Source: Thalassobaculum sp. OXR-137 (GTDB lineage Bacteria > Pseudomonadota > Alphaproteobacteria > Thalassobaculales > Thalassobaculaceae). Taken from it: a stretch of 24,000 nucleotides of DNA. Positions within the stretch are counted from its first letter, which is position 1; every line of letters starts with the position of its first letter. The DNA is taken from positions 4,939,465 through 4,963,464 of the forward strand of contig NZ_CP139715.1 of the NCBI RefSeq assembly GCF_034377285.1. The letters are read 5' to 3'. Positions 14,874 through 22,265 of this stretch are shown piece by piece. Under the pieces are notes generated by a model. It was given only the letters and a program-made list of their open reading frames with translations, searched no databases and had not been told where the DNA came from. The translations under genes were made by a program, and so were the position numbers.

Positions 14874-16916
14874 TTGAGGCTGCAAGGGCAATCGTGGATG
14901 GTCTTCGGAAAACTGTTCGGACGTGGAGGGAATGAGAAGAAGCCACGTCGGCAGACCGAGGATGAGCACTATCGTGCCTGGCGAGAAAGTCTCGATCCCG
15001 AGTGGAACGAGGTTCTCAACATCGTTTTCAAGTCGGAAGACGTCGACCGGGTCTTCAAATCGAGCCTTCAGGTCGCACTCAGCAACAGCGATCTCGATGA
15101 GGCGCGTCGGATTCTTCGCCTGCACATCATGCCGTGCCTGCCGGCACACATTAGGGACCACATCAAGCACGCCGGGCAGCATCAGGCGTGGGCGCACGTC
15201 AATCAGATAGCTGCTGCTGGCGCCTCCTTTGCGCCTGACAAGGTGCCGCACGATGCCTTGAACCTCGGCTGGGTCGAATTCGGTGATGACGGCATGGCGC
15301 AAATACGATTTCAGGGAGAAGGTCACCTGCTGACCGTTGCTCCCACGGGTGCGGGTAAGGGCCGCCGGTTCATCATACGCAATCTGCTGGAGTATGCAGG
15401 CCCCGTGGTGGTGTTCGACCCGAAGGGCGAAAACTATGAGCACACGGCATGGCGGCGCAGCCTGTATGGTCAGGTGTTCAAATGGGCACCCGGTGAAGCC
15501 GATTCCGACTGCTATAACCCGATGGATTTCGTCGAAACGCTGGACGATGCGCGGGTGCTCGCCGACCTGCTCATTGTGCGGATGAGCGCACAGGAGTTCT
15601 GGGATGAATCTGCCACCGATCTGCTCACCGGCCTGATCAGCTATGTGAAGCAGACCAAACCGCCCGAGCGCCAGAATTTGCGCCAGGTCATCAGTGAGTT
15701 GTCAGGTTCGGAAGACGACTTCAAGGCCATGCTCGTAACCTTGCGGGCGACAAAGCGGCGGGACAATGTCGAGCTTGCCAATGTGCTTGAACAGCAATTT
15801 GACAAGATGCGCACGTCAATATCACAAACATTGCGGACGCACCTATCGGCATGGAAGCAGGAAAATGTGGTAAGGACCACGTCCACCACAACGCCGGGCT
15901 TCTCCATGGCGGACATCGTCGGAAACGACTACAACGGCGCCCAGTTCGCCGCCATGGAAGAACGGGCACCGGGCTGGCAGCTCATTGGCGAAAGCGGCCT
16001 CGCCAGAGGCGCGGCGGCGTCGGTATTCATTTCCGTGCAAAGCCACGAAATCCCGACGATGCGTTCCGTGCTCAGGGTCATTCTCGGGCAGATGCTGAAC
16101 GAGTCGATCAAGGCACGGGCCGCGATCGACAAGGCGATGGCGGATGAAGAGGACCTGCCCAAGCGCTTCCCGCACTGGCCGGTCATGTATCTCTTCGATG
16201 AGCTGCCGCAGTTGGGTTACATGCCCCTGATCGAAAACGCCGTGGCGATTGCGCGGGGCTACAATATCCGCCTTTGGCTGTTTACCCAGGATCTGGCGCA
16301 GCTGAGTGAGGTCTATCCCAAGTGGCGCAGCATCGTCGCCAACTGCCGCAGCCAGATATATTTCAAGCCCAATGATCCGACCACAGCAGAAGAGATTGCC
16401 AGCCGTCTTGGACGGCGCAAGGACATCTGGGGCGGTGAGGACTGGGTGGCCTCGCCACAACGTCTGATGAGCCGGGAGTTCTGGGAGGACGCCGTCATAT
16501 TTCAGGACGGCCTGTCGATACGGGCGCATCTGCACAAGCTCTTTGGGGCCGACCAGAGACTTGAAGAGTGGATGGAGGAGCAGAAGGCCATGTTTGGCGA
16601 TACGGTTCATCGGGCACCTCCGGCACCCGAACCGCCTGATCTGACCTTTATCGACGAAATGGAGCCTGTAGCGGAAGCCGCGCCCGCAATCTCCGAACCC
16701 TCAAAAAAGAAAAGCCCCGAAAAAGGGAATGCCGACGGTCGGGATTATTCCGAATACAAAGGCGAATACGCCGCCCTTCGGACCAAGGCGAAAACCAGAA
16801 AGCAGAACCAGACAAACAAGGCCAATCCAGAGACTGCCGAACAGGTGCCTGAGAGGCCAGTAGAATCATCCGACGAACCAAAGGGCAGACCTATGCCGCC
16901 GACGTTCGACGAATGA
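14874..16916 (+). CDS. Second TraG/VirD4-like coupling-protein ATPase paralogue, no obvious N-terminal transmembrane segment
   Basis: Walker A APTGAGKG. LYLFDELPQLGYM...IRLWLFTQDLAQLSEVYPKWRSIVANC parallels the ORF at 2-898. The first ~130 aa are hydrophilic. The track start is TTG 14874; an in-frame ATG at 14898 is an alternative. Confidence 0.8.
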   Translation: MRLQGQSWMVFGKLFGRGGNEKKPRRQTEDEHYRAWRESLDPEWNEVLNIVFKSEDVDRVFKSSLQVALSNSDLDEARRILRLHIMPCLPAHIRDHIKHAGQHQAWAHVNQIAAAGASFAPDKVPHDALNLGWVEFGDDGMAQIRFQGEGHLLTVAPTGAGKGRRFIIRNLLEYAGPVVVFDPKGENYEHTAWRRSLYGQVFKWAPGEADSDCYNPMDFVETLDDARVLADLLIVRMSAQEFWDESATDLLTGLISYVKQTKPPERQNLRQVISELSGSEDDFKAMLVTLRATKRRDNVELANVLEQQFDKMRTSISQTLRTHLSAWKQENVVRTTSTTTPGFSMADIVGNDYNGAQFAAMEERAPGWQLIGESGLARGAAASVFISVQSHEIPTMRSVLRVILGQMLNESIKARAAIDKAMADEEDLPKRFPHWPVMYLFDELPQLGYMPLIENAVAIARGYNIRLWLFTQDLAQLSEVYPKWRSIVANCRSQIYFKPNDPTTAEEIASRLGRRKDIWGGEDWVASPQRLMSREFWEDAVIFQDGLSIRAHLHKLFGADQRLEEWMEEQKAMFGDTVHRAPPAPEPPDLTFIDEMEPVAEAAPAISEPSKKKSPEKGNADGRDYSEYKGEYAALRTKAKTRKQNQTNKANPETAEQVPERPVESSDEPKGRPMPPTFDE

Positions 16917-16993
16917 CCTGAGACGCCGCCTATTGCGTCTCACCCCCTTCATAGCCCCTTGCCGAGGGTGCAACGCAAACAGGAGTAAGTTGA

Positions 16994-17161
16994 ATGGACG
17001 CCATACGTTGGGTTTTTGACAATTTGGTGCTGACAATCATTCTGGTCGTCGGCTTCATCGTCGCGATCAACCTGCTTTTCATGAAGAAGAACAAGGAAGT
17101 CTTCAACCGTGAAAAGGAACGCACTATCGCTCGGCGTCGAGCGGAACGGGGTGAGGACTGA
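16994..17161 (+). CDS. Possible 55-aa single-pass membrane protein
   Basis: Below the track's size cut-off. ATG lies 8 nt after AGGAG. Translation: MDAIRWVFDNLVLTIILVVGFIVAINLLFMKKNKEVFNREKERTIARRRAERGED*. Confidence 0.45.
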   Translation: MDAIRWVFDNLVLTIILVVGFIVAINLLFMKKNKEVFNREKERTIARRRAERGED

Positions 17162-17182
17162 CCGGCACCCGATCAGGCCGAG

Positions 17183-17445
17183 TTATCCACAAGCCGAAAT
17201 CGCGAAATCGCGTTTTTATAAGTTTTAAATAGGTTTTAATAAGTTTTAGGGGTCGAAAATCGACCTCTAAACAAGGCTGGTTGCGGGTTCCAAAGTATAC
17301 AATGTCCGCAATCTCCACTTTTTTGTCCGCAATCTCCACTCGAATGTCCGCAATCTCCACTTTTTTGTCCGCAATCTCCACCGGACTGCACTTGTAGAAC
17401 CGACATTATCCACATTCGGTTGGATCATAGTGGAGATTGCGGACA
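17183..17445. other. Iteron-type vegetative origin (oriV): DnaA box - AT-rich tract - 4 iterons - DnaA box - inverted iteron
   Basis: Perfect TTATCCACA at 17183-17191 and 17406-17414. AT-rich 17214-17252 carries three (A/T)AAGTTTTA-like repeats. Iterons at 17303-17381. An inverted iteron copy lies at 17430-17445, 10 nt from the repA stop. Confidence 0.8.
17303..17381 (+). repeat. Four direct 16-bp iterons TGTCCGCAATCTCCAC at exact 21-bp spacing
   Basis: Copies at 17303-17318, 17324-17339, 17345-17360 and 17366-17381. Confidence 0.9.
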
Positions 17446-17455
17446 ATTGTTATGT

Positions 17456-18439
17456 CTAACCCGTCAGGATTTGGGGACGGCAACGCATGCAAAGCTGTGG
17501 CCCTTCGATGCCAGAAACTTCATAGAGCTCATATCCGGGGAGAGCGTTGTCAGCGATCAGAGCACGTAGATCATGCGTGAATTTGTTCAAGGGGCGCGTC
17601 GATCCGCTTCGCGTGTGAACGGATGCAAAGGAATAGATAGCCTCGTTTTTGCCTGCCGCCTTGCGAGCAAGGCGGTAGACAAACCGCGCCAGGCCTTTCT
17701 TCAACAGGAAGTAATCCGGATCAACGGTCAAAACCTCCGGATTGGTGTGCATGGTCACTGCGTCGTACATCCAGTCGGGGATGATGATCTCGACGGTCCC
17801 GATCCTCCCGGTATCCGTCTTGGAAATAACATCCGCACCTGCGATGAGAGGAAAGTAGCCTGTACGACGGGACTTTTTAGCGCCTGTGTTCTGAGCTATT
17901 TCAATGAATGTACCTTGAAGGCGGCGCAGCGCCTCTGCCAACATGTCGTAAGAGCAACCGCCTCTGGAGACACGGCAGAACTTGAAAATTTCGACGCTGC
18001 TGGGACGAAAGAACTTCGCCGGTTTGGGCACTCGGCCTTGCCGATATAGGCGTGTCTGCTCCGCTAGATGGCTGACCATCATCAACACGATGTCATAGTC
18101 CATGATCGTCGCCATGCCATGGGCACCACCGGCCACGGTGATCGTAACGCCGGGCAGCTCGTGTCGAATGATGTCGCCTTTGCGTGTCTGGCTTTTGGCC
18201 AGACGGAAGACGGCGATGTCCATCAGGTCGAGACCGTCCTTGATCGGGACGTCCTGAATCGTCGGGACAAAGAAATCGGGCTGGTTGTCGTTTGCAGGCG
18301 GCTTGCGAAATACGCCAGTGGCCTTCGCAACAGCATCTCCGGGTCCGATGTCCAGAATATCGCCAAGAGAGCCTAGGCGCTTCCGCAGGCTGGCATCTCG
18401 CACTGAAGCCGTATCCGACGTTTTCTTGGGTGCGCTCAT
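17456..18439 (-). CDS. repA: Replication initiator protein A (RepA, RPA family of alphaproteobacterial plasmids/ICEs)
   Basis: DFFVP...D.P.KD..D.M....F.L.K......I.HE..GV.I.V.....GMATI.DYDI.L pattern, adjacent to the iterons. Its start overlaps the upstream gene's stop (ATGA). Confidence 0.85.
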   Translation of the reverse strand: MSAPKKTSDTASVRDASLRKRLGSLGDILDIGPGDAVAKATGVFRKPPANDNQPDFFVPTIQDVPIKDGLDLMDIAVFRLAKSQTRKGDIIRHELPGVTITVAGGAHGMATIMDYDIVLMMVSHLAEQTRLYRQGRVPKPAKFFRPSSVEIFKFCRVSRGGCSYDMLAEALRRLQGTFIEIAQNTGAKKSRRTGYFPLIAGADVISKTDTGRIGTVEIIIPDWMYDAVTMHTNPEVLTVDPDYFLLKKGLARFVYRLARKAAGKNEAIYSFASVHTRSGSTRPLNKFTHDLRALIADNALPGYELYEVSGIEGPQLCMRCRPQILTG

Positions 18440-18765
18440 TTAGCTGTGCGCTCCTTGCCACGCTCACGCTCAAATGATTCCAGCATCCGTTTCAGCAGCT
18501 CCTCGCCGCTGGCGACGTCAAGCTCATAGGCAAGCCGCCAGAACCGGTCCTTAATCTCGGGGCGGGTCGCGATGTTCAGCTGCGCGGTGCGTGGTGACGG
18601 GCGGCGATAGCAACGTCCGTCGAACGGCATGGGTTGGTGCCCCTCTCGGGCGGTGAAGCCGAGCTCGGATGCAGCCTGACGGGCAACGCCGGCATCGCTG
18701 CGATTGGCGGATTTGGGTTCAAAGTCATCCAGATTGAGGGCGGGTCGGTTACGCGGCTCTGCCAT
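18436..18765 (-). CDS. Small partition/centromere-binding protein with C-terminal ribbon-helix-helix (ParG-like)
   Basis: ATG 18765 lies 7 nt after AAGGAG and overlaps the parA 3' end. The C-terminal QLNIATRPEIKDRFWRLAYELDVASGEELLKRML looks like a strand-helix-helix. It sits between parA and repA. Confidence 0.6.
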   Translation of the reverse strand: MAEPRNRPALNLDDFEPKSANRSDAGVARQAASELGFTAREGHQPMPFDGRCYRRPSPRTAQLNIATRPEIKDRFWRLAYELDVASGEELLKRMLESFERERGKERTAK

Positions 18766-19447
18766 CGTTGGTCTCCTTGCTTTTCTTGATTGTGTCGATG
18801 ACGGCGGCGGCGACCGCCTCCGCATTTTCTATTGCGGCCTCCGGATTGTGGGCCTCCGCCCGGCTCAGATCGTAGATCGTGCCGCCGAACTGCATCATGG
18901 CCCGGAATGCGGCCCGCTCGGTGAGCTCGATAGGCAGGACAGGCACACCGTTCTGCGCCATGGCGTCCTGAAGATGGGCAAGGTCGCGGGAACGGATCGC
19001 CGGCGACGTGGCCGTGAACAGGACGGCATGGGGAATGACACGCCGATAGGCTTGCTCTTCCCGCCGGATCAGACTGATAACACGGGCGGTTTGGTCGGCA
19101 TCGAGCTGGCTGCCACGCATCGGCACGATGACCAGATCCGCCCGGCCGATGGCATAGGACATGGCAAGGTTGGCGGAGCCTTCCAGATCGACCAGAACGA
19201 AGGCGCTTCGGGCAGCCGCCTCGTCGATGGCGTCAAGGATGGAGGTCTCACCGAGATCGGGTACGATGTCGAGGGAGGCTGGCAAACGCTCGGGGTCTCG
19301 GGCCGCCCATGCCTTAATGGGCTGGTTGGGATCGGCGTCCAACAGGGAGACGGTCGAACCCGCTTGGGTCAGAACCTGGGCGATTGTGAGAGCGGAGGTC
19401 GTCTTGCCGACGCCGCCCTTTGAATTGGCGAATACAATTGTTGGCAT
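18749..19447 (-). CDS. parA: ParA-family partition ATPase
   Basis: Deviant Walker A, SKGGVGKTT, at the N-terminus, followed by DADPNQP. Confidence 0.9.
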   Translation of the reverse strand: MPTIVFANSKGGVGKTTSALTIAQVLTQAGSTVSLLDADPNQPIKAWAARDPERLPASLDIVPDLGETSILDAIDEAAARSAFVLVDLEGSANLAMSYAIGRADLVIVPMRGSQLDADQTARVISLIRREEQAYRRVIPHAVLFTATSPAIRSRDLAHLQDAMAQNGVPVLPIELTERAAFRAMMQFGGTIYDLSRAEAHNPEAAIENAEAVAAAVIDTIKKSKETNDGRAA

Positions 19448-19458
19448 TTTTTCTTTTC

Positions 19459-19514
19459 AGAATACCAAACCCCGCAATCGCCAAGCAAGAACATATTCAC
19501 TATTTGTTCACTGC
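19459..19514 (-). promoter_or_regulatory. Candidate parA promoter and operator repeats
   Basis: On the minus strand: TTGCTT (19488-19483), an 18-nt spacer, then TATTCT (19464-19459). Upstream lies a direct repeat AGTGAA.A..T x2 at 11-bp spacing (19493-19514). Confidence 0.35.
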
Positions 19515-19794
19515 ACGGCCAAACACGGGTCATCGGCTTGGCGCCCGGCGGAGACTTCCAAGGCGGGCACGTCATAGAGCGTAGGCATGGAATAGGCAGC
19601 TATGCGCCACCTAGGCACTAGTCATGGCTTGCCGAGTGGCGTGCTATTTGCCGTGATCGGTACGAGGAGTCGGCCGCTTTCATCGGATAGTTCAAGGGTA
19701 CTAACAATCACAGTCTGCATTGCTAGGACATTCGGGCAGCTCGCTCGGGTGCTGCTTCAAGATAACGGCCGATAACAGCGCGCGTCGAGTTGCC

Positions 19795-20601
19795 TTAGAC
19801 GTAAATCCAAACGAGCAAAAAGACACCAAGAATGAGCCGGTAGACGACAAACGGCATAAAGGTCGCTCGCCGCAACCAACTCATCAGAAAGGCAATGGCC
19901 AACAACGCGGCGATGAATGAGAACCCGGCCGCGATGATGGCATCACCCTGAAGGGCCGCATCACCTGATTGCCACAGATCCACACCAGCCATCGTACCGG
20001 CGGCGGCCGTCGTCGGGATCGAAAGGAGAAGCGAGAACCTTGCCGCCGCCTCTCGGCGGAATCCGAGAAGCAAGGCGGCTGTCATGGTGATTCCGGAGCG
20101 GCTCACGCCGGGCACCAGCGCCAGGGCCTGGGCAAGGCCGATCAGAACGGCGACACGCAACGTCATTCGGTCAAAGGCGAGGCCCGTCTGGGCCGCAACC
20201 GAACGGTCGGCAACCCAAAGCAAAACGCCAAATCCGATGGTAGTCACGGCAATAAGGAGTGGGTCACGCCAATCAGTCGCGACGGTGGACGCAAGCGCAA
20301 ACCCAGCGAGGACGACAGGCATGGTGGCGAGGGCCACCTGTAGCGCCAGCCGCGCGTCACTGGTTTGGGTATTGCCACGCAAGAGTTGGAAACCGCCCTG
20401 CACCATTGCAGCGGTTTCACGGTGGAAGTAGAGCATGACGGCTGCCAGTGTGCCGATATGCATGGCGACGTCGATTGCCAGTCCCTGATCCGGCCAGCCT
20501 GTTAGAGCGGGAACAAGAATGAGGTGCGCCGAGGAACTGATGGGCAGGAACTCGGTAATGCCCTGCACCACGGCGAGCACTATCAATTCAAACCAACCCA
20601 T
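19795..20601 (-). CDS. uppP: Undecaprenyl-diphosphate phosphatase (UppP/BacA)
   Basis: VQGITEFLPISSSAHL N-terminal signature and a polytopic membrane profile. ATG 20601 is preferred over the GTG at 20607. Confidence 0.85.
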   Translation of the reverse strand: MGWFELIVLAVVQGITEFLPISSSAHLILVPALTGWPDQGLAIDVAMHIGTLAAVMLYFHRETAAMVQGGFQLLRGNTQTSDARLALQVALATMPVVLAGFALASTVATDWRDPLLIAVTTIGFGVLLWVADRSVAAQTGLAFDRMTLRVAVLIGLAQALALVPGVSRSGITMTAALLLGFRREAAARFSLLLSIPTTAAAGTMAGVDLWQSGDAALQGDAIIAAGFSFIAALLAIAFLMSWLRRATFMPFVVYRLILGVFLLVWIYV

Positions 20602-20685
20602 CAGCACAATGCCTCAGAGAGATGTGCCACGGCGCAGCGGAGGACAGGTAACGAAGAAGGAATCATTCCAGAATTCTCCGACGAA

Positions 20686-21657
20686 TTACAGCCAGCCGCG
20701 GCGCTTGAAATAGACATAAGGCAGAATGGCGGAAGCGATCATCAGGCAAATTGCGAAGGGATAGCCGACCAGCCATTTCAGTTCGGGCATATATTCGAAG
20801 TTCATACCGTAGATCGAGGCGATCAGTGTCGGCGGCAGGAAGACGACCGCTGCCACCGAGAAAATCTTGATAATCGCATTCTGCTCGATATTGATCATGC
20901 CGAGCGTGGCGTCGAGCAGGAAGGTAACCTTCTGGGACATGAACCCGGAATGATCGGAGAGTGACCGGATGTCGCGCGAAAGTGTTTTGATCCGTTCACG
21001 CGAGTCCTTGCTGCTTTTCTGCTGGAGAGTCGCCTGCCCGAGATACCCGGCTAGCCGTTCCAGCGTCACCAGACTGTCGCGGACGTTAGAGGTCAGGTCT
21101 CCCTTGCGGCCGATCGACTCGATGATAGTCTGAAGGTCCGCACTTTTCGTGGGCTTGCCACTTGTCTTTCGGAAGATGCTACGGGAAATTGCGTCGATGT
21201 CGCGCCCGGCGCGCTCAAGTATATCCGCCAGCCTGTCCACCACGGCCTCAAGCAGCGCAATCAGCACACCTTCAGCTGTGTCGCAGCCCATTGCGACCTT
21301 TTCAGCACGAACTGGAAAGGTCCGGAAGGCGCGCGGTTCGTGGTAGCGCACGGTAACCAGGTGCGTTGCCGTCAAAACGAACGTCACAGGGTGCATGTCC
21401 ACATCGTCGCCATCGGCGTTGGCCGGCAGAATCGCTGTCATGAAGGACGCACCATTTTCCGTGTAGAGGCGAGAGGAAATCTCGATTTCCTCCATCTCCT
21501 CCTTGGTCGGGATGTCCAAGGCCAGTTTCTGTTCGAGTTCCGCTTCTTCGGCTGAAGATGGATCGACCAGATCGATCCACACCGCATGCCCGACGTCATC
21601 CACCTTTTCTCCTAGCGGTTTCAGACGTCCAGCGTCGGTGGCAAAAGATCTCATCAT
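20686..21657 (-). CDS. corA: CorA-family magnesium/cobalt transporter
   Basis: YGMNF (GMN) motif in IYGMNFEYMPEL, followed by a final TM helix and a KRRGWL C-terminus. Confidence 0.85.
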   Translation of the reverse strand: MMRSFATDAGRLKPLGEKVDDVGHAVWIDLVDPSSAEEAELEQKLALDIPTKEEMEEIEISSRLYTENGASFMTAILPANADGDDVDMHPVTFVLTATHLVTVRYHEPRAFRTFPVRAEKVAMGCDTAEGVLIALLEAVVDRLADILERAGRDIDAISRSIFRKTSGKPTKSADLQTIIESIGRKGDLTSNVRDSLVTLERLAGYLGQATLQQKSSKDSRERIKTLSRDIRSLSDHSGFMSQKVTFLLDATLGMINIEQNAIIKIFSVAAVVFLPPTLIASIYGMNFEYMPELKWLVGYPFAICLMIASAILPYVYFKRRGWL

Positions 21658-21975
21658 GGCGAATTTCCCGGATGTTAGAGGGGAACGCCGTGAAGGCGCC
21701 TTTGGTTATCGTGTTACTGCATTTTAATGTTATTTGTTTGAAATAACAAAATATTAGCTAAGAAAATACGAAGACGATCAAGTCGGATTTCGATCTCGGT
21801 GGTCGGCGGCAGTTCATAGGCAGCCCCCAGGTGAACGGGTGCCGGTAGTGTCGCTGGATGCAATCGGAACAAGGCGCAATCTGATAGTCGATCTGTTGAC
21901 CGATGATCAGGACCCTTTGTTGGCTGTGATGGAAACAAGTGGGGAGCAACTGCCCCTAAAGTGCCCCTGAACAGC

Positions 21976-22008
21976 AAAAAGCCCCGATCCGAAGATCGAG
22001 GCTTTTTT
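21976..22008. terminator. Bidirectional rho-independent terminator just 3' of the tRNA fragment
   Basis: AAAAA, then GCCCCGATC (21981-21989), CGAA loop, GATCGAGGC (21994-22002), then TTTTTT. The stem pairs at 8/9 bp. Confidence 0.7.
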
Positions 22009-22037
22009 GTTTTTTGCTGTATTATCAGCTAGATAGT

Positions 22038-22084
22038 TGGTTGCGGGAGTAGGATTTGAACCTACGACCTTCAGGTTATGAGCC
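22038..22084 (-). other. 5'-truncated initiator tRNA-Met (CAU) fragment = attachment-site core
   Basis: The minus strand reads GGCTCATAACCTGAAGGTCGTAGGTTCAAATCCTACTCCCGCAACCA. That covers the anticodon loop, 3' anticodon stem, variable loop, T-arm, 3' acceptor strand and CCA, and resembles tRNA-fMet. The sequence 5' of it (ggggaattgtgccaaaaataggttttcgctt) cannot supply the acceptor, D-arm or 5' anticodon stem. Confidence 0.8.
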
Positions 22085-22097
22085 AAGCGAAAACCTA

Positions 22098-22236
22098 TTT
22101 TTGGCACAATTCCCCAACAATTCTCAACACTCATATAGCTGTTATTGCTTATATTTTTTACTCACCACGCTTGGCCATCATTGAGGTTTGTTGATTGTCA
22201 CTGTGCCAAAAATGTGCCAAAAACGCTTTGGGCACA
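22098..22236. promoter_or_regulatory. GTGCCAAAAA repeats between att core and int (candidate arm-type integrase/Xis sites)
   Basis: Inverted copy TTTTTGGCAC at 22098-22107. Direct copies at 22203-22212 and 22214-22223, with an 11-bp period. A degenerate inverted copy CTTTGGGCACA lies at 22226-22236. Confidence 0.55.
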
Positions 22237-22265
22237 TTCACTCAGTCCGGCTCCCGAGGCACCCC

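Larger units (their letters stand above)
1..19600. mobile_element. Conjugative/mobilisable plasmid or ICE backbone (transfer, leading-region, replication and partition modules); right boundary approximate
   Basis: Co-occurrence of coupling protein, relaxase+MobC, ArdC, ParB-like, DUF736/DUF2958, RepA + iterons and ParA. No terminal repeat was seen in the window, so the extent is inferred. Confidence 0.7.

Noticed and set aside
17124-17381. 85-aa minus-strand ORF translating to MEIADKKVEIADIRVEIADKKVEIAD...
   Set aside because: Its periodic sequence is simply the translation of the four 21-bp-spaced iterons and the AT-rich origin. It has no SD and lies inside oriV.
21714-21977. ORFs of 63-87 aa between corA and the tRNA fragment (21714-21977, 21758-21949, 21907-22134)
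   Set aside because: They have no SD, no recognisable motif and overlap each other. One runs through the tRNA fragment and terminator. The region is treated as non-coding; a degraded gene remnant cannot be excluded.
22038-22114. Possibility of an intact 77-nt tRNA-Met gene on the minus strand
   Set aside because: Only the 3' ~47 nt match a tRNA. The upstream 30 nt cannot pair with the 3' acceptor strand (TCCCGCA). They also lack a D-arm and the 5' anticodon-stem strand (needs TCAGG, has CTTGG).
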